Origin: an uncultured Bacteroidales bacterium
Lineage (GTDB): Bacteria > Bacteroidota > Bacteroidia > Bacteroidales > WCHB1-69
DNA: 64,000 bases
Direction of reading: 5' to 3'
Assembly: GCA_946624065.1 (NCBI GenBank)
Contig: CAMORT010000005.1
Location: 1,187-65,186 of the forward strand
The notes under the pieces: model-generated
What the model was told of the DNA's origin: nothing
The model's input: the letters and a program-made list of their open reading frames with translations, nothing else
The model's database searches: none
Shown here: in pieces, positions 59,350 to 64,000 of the stretch
Position numbering within the stretch: position 1 is the stretch's first letter
Layout: each line of letters begins with the position of its first letter
Made by a program: the position numbers and the translations under genes

Positions 59350-60973
59350 TAATATTCTATTGTTCATATTGATTGTGGCTGTGGCCCTTACAGGCTGCAA
59401 GCCCAAGTATGACCATGAGGGCAAGAAAATCTTCCATTACAACCAGTCTGAAGGCATTCAAACCCTTGACCCGGCATTTGCGTCTGGGCAGACGGTGATG
59501 TGGCCCTGCAACCAGCTTTACAACGGGCTGGTGGACATGGATGATTCGTTGAACATCGTGCCATCCATCGCCAAACGCTGGACAATTTCGGAGGATGGAT
59601 TGACCTACACCTTCTATCTCCGCGATGATGTGACCTTTCACAATACGGAATGTTATCCGTTCAAGACGCCAAGAAAGGTTGTGGCCCAGGATTTTGTGTA
59701 TAGTTTCTCCCGCATTCTGGATCCTGATGTGGCCTCGCCGGGCGCTTGGATTTTCCAAAAAGTGAAACGGGATAAAGAAGGGAAACCTGCTTTTAAGGCA
59801 TTGAATGACACTATTTTCCAGATTCAGTTAGCAGAAGCCTTTCCGCCATTTCTCGGCATTCTGGCTATGAAATACTGTTCCGTTGTCCCGAAAGAGGTGG
59901 TGGAACATTACGGCAAGGATTTCCGCAAAAATCCTGTGGGAACGGGTCCGTTTCAATTCCAACTCTGGCAAGAGGGCGTGAAGCTGGTGCTACGCAAAAA
60001 TCCTGACTATTTTGAGCGTGACGAACAAGGCAACCGCCTGCCCTACATTGACGCGGTGGCTATTTCCTTTATTGTCGATAAACAGTCTGTGTTTATGGAA
60101 TTCATGAAGGGCTCGCTGGACTTCATGTCGGGTGTGGAGGCGTGTTACAAAGACGCGTTGCTCACCAAAGACGGTCGGCTGAATCCCGAATACAAGGACA
60201 AAATCAAGATGCTGACAGGTCCGTATCTCAACACGGAATATCTGGGTTTTATGTTGAAACCCGGCGATAAGAAGAATCCGTTGTTGGACAAGCGGGTGCG
60301 GCAGGCCATCAATTACGGGTTCGACCGTGAGAAGATGATGAAATACTTGCGCAACAATGTGGGCTATCCCGGCACGGGCGGTTTTGTGCCCCGTGGCATG
60401 CCCTCGCATGATCCCGCGCGCACGGGCGGCTACGAATATAACCCCAAGAAGGCGGCTCAATTGCTGGCGGAGGCTGGCTATCCCGGCGGCAAGGGACTTC
60501 CACCTATCTCGGTGGCCGTGTCCGCCTCCTACGCCGATTTGGTGCAATACATGCAGCATGAGTTGTCGCAACTCGGCATCGACTTGCGGCTGGATGTGAT
60601 GCAGGGTGCCCAGCAGCGCGAGATGATGCGCAGTTACCAGTTGCCCTTCTTCCGTGGTTCTTGGATCTGCGATTACCCCGATGCGGAGAACTATATGGCG
60701 CTGTTCTATTCCAAGAACCTGCAGCCCGTTGGGTCCAACTATACGCATTATGTGAACCCCGCTTTTGACAAACTGTATGAGGCCTCCCAGCGTTGCACCG
60801 ACGAGGACAAACGCAACGACTACTACACGCGCATGGATGCCATGCTTATGGCTGACGCGCCTGTGGTGGTGCTCTATTATGACAAAGTCATCCGCTTCAC
60901 CCAAGCCAACATCTCCGGCCTCGGCACTAACCCCGTGAACATGCTGGATTTGAGGAGGGTGAAAATAGATTAA
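59330..60973 (+). CDS. ABC transporter substrate-binding lipoprotein, family 5 (peptide/nickel type)
   Basis: Lipobox ALTGC. SBP_bac_5-like motifs (LDPAFA, LYNGLVDMD, WTISEDGLTYTFYLRDDVTFH). No ATG is available, so the only upstream start is TTG 59330. Confidence 0.8.
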   Translation: MRVEIIDNILLFILIVAVALTGCKPKYDHEGKKIFHYNQSEGIQTLDPAFASGQTVMWPCNQLYNGLVDMDDSLNIVPSIAKRWTISEDGLTYTFYLRDDVTFHNTECYPFKTPRKVVAQDFVYSFSRILDPDVASPGAWIFQKVKRDKEGKPAFKALNDTIFQIQLAEAFPPFLGILAMKYCSVVPKEVVEHYGKDFRKNPVGTGPFQFQLWQEGVKLVLRKNPDYFERDEQGNRLPYIDAVAISFIVDKQSVFMEFMKGSLDFMSGVEACYKDALLTKDGRLNPEYKDKIKMLTGPYLNTEYLGFMLKPGDKKNPLLDKRVRQAINYGFDREKMMKYLRNNVGYPGTGGFVPRGMPSHDPARTGGYEYNPKKAAQLLAEAGYPGGKGLPPISVAVSASYADLVQYMQHELSQLGIDLRLDVMQGAQQREMMRSYQLPFFRGSWICDYPDAENYMALFYSKNLQPVGSNYTHYVNPAFDKLYEASQRCTDEDKRNDYYTRMDAMLMADAPVVVLYYDKVIRFTQANISGLGTNPVNMLDLRRVKID

Positions 60974-60998
60974 TAGCCAACAATTAAAAATAAAAATT

Positions 60999-61337
60999 AT
61001 GCTCGAATATTTCAACGAAGTGCCCTATTCCGTCACGGTTTGCGACAAAGACGGTAAGATTTTGGAAATGAATGAAATGGCGGTGAATGTGCTGAGCCAC
61101 GGCAAGCAGATTATCGGCCAAAACCTCCTCGACTGCCATCCGGAGCCCGCCCGCACCAAACTGGCGGAGATGCTGAAGAATCATAACGTGAATGCCTACA
61201 CCATCGAGAAGAACGGCAAGAAGAAACTTGTCTACCAGTCGCCTTGGTTTAAAGACGGCGAGTTTGCTGGTTACATCGAGCTTTCCATGGAGATCCCGAT
61301 GGAGATGCCGCATTTTGTAAGAAAACCGAAGCAATAG
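60999..61337 (+). CDS. Small PAS-domain protein
   Basis: 112 aa. VTVCDKDGKILEMNEMAV...GQNLLDCHPE...YTIEKNGKKKLVYQSPW has a PAS-fold pattern. Confidence 0.6.
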   Translation: MLEYFNEVPYSVTVCDKDGKILEMNEMAVNVLSHGKQIIGQNLLDCHPEPARTKLAEMLKNHNVNAYTIEKNGKKKLVYQSPWFKDGEFAGYIELSMEIPMEMPHFVRKPKQ

Positions 61338-61415
61338 AGAGTTTTTATTCTTTTTTTGTAGTTTTTTATAAGTTTGTTGCGTTTTTAGTTATAATAATTA
61401 CAAAAATATAGCTAT

Positions 61416-62096
61416 ATGAAAAACATTTTTACAACAGTGGCACTATGTCTGGTATGTGCCTTCAGCGTTTTCGCCCAAAATTATTCTACTGTCCAAATCA
61501 CGCCTGTCAACGGAGTGCTGGTGGTGAACGGAATTAACCAAATCTCCATTCCGAATTACGACCCAAGTGAAGTCCAGCTCGAGCCGATGGCTGGTTTCGT
61601 GGCGGTTCCTAACAATGATCAGATGTACACGGTGGCGGAATTTGCCACCTTGGATGCCGTGTGGAACGCATGTAATTCTTCTGCCATCTGGGCGGACAAT
61701 ATGGTCACCTTGGACACCTATTCCGGACAAGGTATGAATGTCGGTTATGCCGCATTGAAATTTTCAGGCACCCCTAATGCATACGGTTACGCCAAGTTCG
61801 ACAAAACTGTAGCGGGTGGTTGGGTAGAGTTCGGTTATTTTACAGATGGCACAGGAGTGGCCGAATGGACAAACACCGTTTCCGTTTATCCGAATCCGGT
61901 GGTGGAAACCATTAACATCAGCAATGCTGAAGGCGCCCGTGTTGCCGTTTACAACGCCACAGGCCAGCAGGTGAAAAGTGTTGACAACGCCGCGGCCAAT
62001 ACCGTAATAAGCGTCTCTGATTTGTCGTCGGGTGTCTATTTTGTGAAGATTACCAGCGGAAATAAAGAAAATACGATAAAGTTCGTTAAAGAATAA
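61416..62096 (+). CDS. Secreted protein with T9SS C-terminal sorting domain
   Basis: Signal peptide. C-terminus VSVYPNPVVETINI...LSSGVYFVKITSGNKENTIKFV. Followed by a strong terminator. Confidence 0.65.
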   Translation: MKNIFTTVALCLVCAFSVFAQNYSTVQITPVNGVLVVNGINQISIPNYDPSEVQLEPMAGFVAVPNNDQMYTVAEFATLDAVWNACNSSAIWADNMVTLDTYSGQGMNVGYAALKFSGTPNAYGYAKFDKTVAGGWVEFGYFTDGTGVAEWTNTVSVYPNPVVETINISNAEGARVAVYNATGQQVKSVDNAAANTVISVSDLSSGVYFVKITSGNKENTIKFVKE

Positions 62097-62121
62097 GATC
62101 ATACCACATTCTAATGTGATC

Positions 62122-62148
62122 CGGCAGACCTAAGGTCTGCCGTTTTTT
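62122..62148 (+). terminator. Intrinsic terminator after the T9SS cargo gene
   Basis: CGGCAGACC-taa-GGTCTGCCG (9 bp) followed by TTTTTTG. Confidence 0.85.
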
Positions 62149-62164
62149 GTGTTTTTTATTTTGC

Positions 62165-62172
62165 TATCTTTG
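62165..62172 (+). promoter_or_regulatory. -7 box TATCTTTG, about 250 nt upstream of the small HTH gene
   Basis: It follows the 62122-62148 terminator. A long leader contains a 10-bp inverted repeat (62254-62263 / 62296-62305). Confidence 0.4.
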
Positions 62173-62420
62173 CACTTGTTTTTTTAACACTATTATGAAT
62201 CAGTTTGCAGAATGACATAGAGATAAACTATAATAATAATTGAGCTTAATGCTCTTATTCTCTGAACGATAAAATCTGGTAAATTTTTCATGACGAGAGA
62301 ATAAGCAAGCGGAAGTTCATGCCAATAGGCGTGGATTGTTTCGTGCTTATCATCGTCAACGGTTTACCAGAGCCTTTCGTTTCTGACAAGCACACAACGA
62401 AAACAGTTCACGTCTTTTTT

Positions 62421-62636
62421 ATGGAAACAGGTCAAGACATACATATCGGGCGCATAATACACCAAAAGTTAAGGGAACAGGGCCGCACAGCCGCCTGGCT
62501 GGCGAAGCAGATTCCGTGCACCCGCAATAATGTATTCAAGATTATGCGGAAATCGCATATTAGTACCGATTTGTTGTTGCGTATTTCCAAGATTTTGGAC
62601 TATAATTTTTTTGATTGCTTTGATTATAGGAAGTAA
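62421..62636 (+). CDS. Small helix-turn-helix (XRE-like) protein
   Basis: IGRIIHQKLREQGRTAAWLAKQIPCTRNNVFKIMRKSHISTDLLLRISKIL. The alternative in-frame start is 62319. Confidence 0.55.
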   Translation: METGQDIHIGRIIHQKLREQGRTAAWLAKQIPCTRNNVFKIMRKSHISTDLLLRISKILDYNFFDCFDYRK

Positions 62637-62752
62637 GGCATCCCTTTACCAAATCCCAAAATGGATAGCAAATAGCATCCTTATTGGATAGCATTGTAAA
62701 TAATTGTGAGACAGAATAATCTGTATGTTTGCGATGCTAAAAATAATGGATT

Positions 62753-64000
62753 ATGAAAAAGATATTATTCATTCTTGCCGCTCTCATTTTTTCCTCATTT
62801 TCTTTGTCTGCACAATGGACTTGCGAAACATTGGATCCGGAATTTGACGATGCAATGAAAATAGCATATATACATGATAAAAATGGAAATGGATTGACGA
62901 TTGGAGAGTATTGTTCAATTTGGCAATACAATAATTGGGTGTCACAACAATTGTCGATTGCGGACTTTTTATTTAATTTGTTGGAGTATGATTATACAGG
63001 TCAGTATGTTTGGATTAACACAGTGTCTGATATGAAAGATGCATTAAAAGCAGGTGACTTCCCTGATTCGTGGGTGGATTTTACAAGTGAGGCGGGTAAT
63101 ATTCCTGTTGTTTTGGCGGTAGAAGGAAAGTATTATTGTGGTGAAGACGATTATTGTTCTGTTTATAGTTTTGAAATTTCTTTTAAGATAGGAGAATCTT
63201 ATAAAAAGTATAGGAATTATAGCATGAGCGAGAGGATGATTCCACTGGATGAAGACGAGATAGTTGTATCATATGAATATGATAGAAAAGACCGAGTCGG
63301 TAACTACTATATTGAGTGGCCGTCAAAGGAATTTTGGAAAGATTTTAGAGCTGCGAGTTCTGTAAAATTTCGTATTAAGCAAAGTGCAAAAAGTGAGTAT
63401 CAATATTATGAGTTTAATATGAGCGGGTCCACAAAAGCCTTTAATTATGTTACGACTAATCATAAAGTTGTTTGGTTAGAGGATTGGATTGAGGAGTTCT
63501 TTAAGGAGCAAAAGGAACAAAAGGAACAAAAGGAGGCAGAACGGCAAAGAGAAATAGAGATGGAAGAAGCAGAATTGCAAAAGGAATTAGCGAGTGTCAC
63601 ACCTCCTCACAAGTTGAAATTCGAATGTACGGAAAGAAGTTTACATTTGATATATCCAGATTTTTATTTATACCCTCTATCGGATAGTGTGTCATGTGGC
63701 ACTCGCGAGGATTTAGAATACTATGAAGAATATGATACAATTTTGAATGTTATGGGGTTGTGCCCTTGCCTTAATGGGGCAATAGGAGCCTTGGAGAACA
63801 TAGGAGAAGATGACAAGTACTATGGTAACTATGACTTAAACAAATATTCCAAAAGTGTTGGATGGAATTTGGATGGAATACATGTGTGGAGTAGAGAGAA
63901 ATGGGAAAGTGATAAACTGGAGAGAGAAGTTGTAGTTCCTTTTAACGATATTTCTCAATATGATTGGGGAGAAAGGTATTGTGCATTTTTGGAAGAGACC
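62753..64000 (+). CDS. Secreted protein of unknown function (5' partial view; ORF runs off the window end)
   Basis: Not in the supplied track. By hand translation from ATG 62753 (MKKILFILAALIFSSFSLSAQ...) I found no stop through 64000 (416 codons). A TATGTTTG box lies at 62724-62731. AT-rich. Confidence 0.6.
   Translation, partial: MKKILFILAALIFSSFSLSAQWTCETLDPEFDDAMKIAYIHDKNGNGLTIGEYCSIWQYNNWVSQQLSIADFLFNLLEYDYTGQYVWINTVSDMKDALKAGDFPDSWVDFTSEAGNIPVVLAVEGKYYCGEDDYCSVYSFEISFKIGESYKKYRNYSMSERMIPLDEDEIVVSYEYDRKDRVGNYYIEWPSKEFWKDFRAASSVKFRIKQSAKSEYQYYEFNMSGSTKAFNYVTTNHKVVWLEDWIEEFFKEQKEQKEQKEAERQREIEMEEAELQKELASVTPPHKLKFECTERSLHLIYPDFYLYPLSDSVSCGTREDLEYYEEYDTILNVMGLCPCLNGAIGALENIGEDDKYYGNYDLNKYSKSVGWNLDGIHVWSREKWESDKLEREVVVPFNDISQYDWGERYCAFLEET

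Noticed and set aside
62254-62305. 10-bp inverted repeat in the leader of the HTH gene, considered as a Bacteroides-type invertible promoter (phase-variation switch).
   Set aside because: The arms enclose only 32 nt and no promoter box, and no site-specific recombinase is nearby. It is more likely a simple RNA hairpin.

Overview
This 64 kb window looks like a chromosomal segment of a Bacteroidota (Bacteroidales-like) genome. Three things support that call. TAnnTTTG '-7' promoter boxes sit upstream of most genes. Five proteins carry type-A T9SS C-terminal sorting domains and one carries a type-B domain. A FISUMP lipoprotein and an Rpn/PD-(D/E)XK 'putative transposase' are also present. I call about 56 CDS, one tRNA-Asn(GTT) and several intrinsic terminators. 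I see no rRNA, no CRISPR array, no integrase and no classical IS element.

The housekeeping backbone comprises thpR, DPP-IV, ferritin, gcvP, ruvB, recA, trmO/tsaA, rimM-rpsP, rimO, a purF-like gene, ispE, yceD-rpmF, rdgB, smpB, folA and ddl. It is interrupted by accessory, compositionally deviant stretches:
- T9SS cargo genes at 1-5.3 kb.
- An Rpn gene at 5.6-6.6 kb.
- An AT-rich islet at 32.6-33.9 kb.
- A radical-SAM/SPASM plus lipoprotein pair at 38.0-39.8 kb.
- A CotH/CBS pair next to the tRNA at 41.5-44.4 kb.
- An AT-rich end region from 62.1 kb.

The most unusual signal is not a gene. It is a family of degenerate short-period tandem arrays, with period 7 nt or 9 nt, in which neighbouring units differ by 1-2 nt. 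These arrays sit exactly at stop or start codons in at least 9 places. One array is inserted in-frame inside the GH2 beta-galactosidase gene, and one pair brackets the Rpn gene as direct repeats.

The S8 peptidase gene has two further oddities. It contains three copies of a small palindromic element that is read in different reading frames, and it shows a sharp AT-rich to GC-rich composition switch.

All calls come from reading the sequence and the supplied ORF track. Family names are from memory of conserved motifs, not from database searches.
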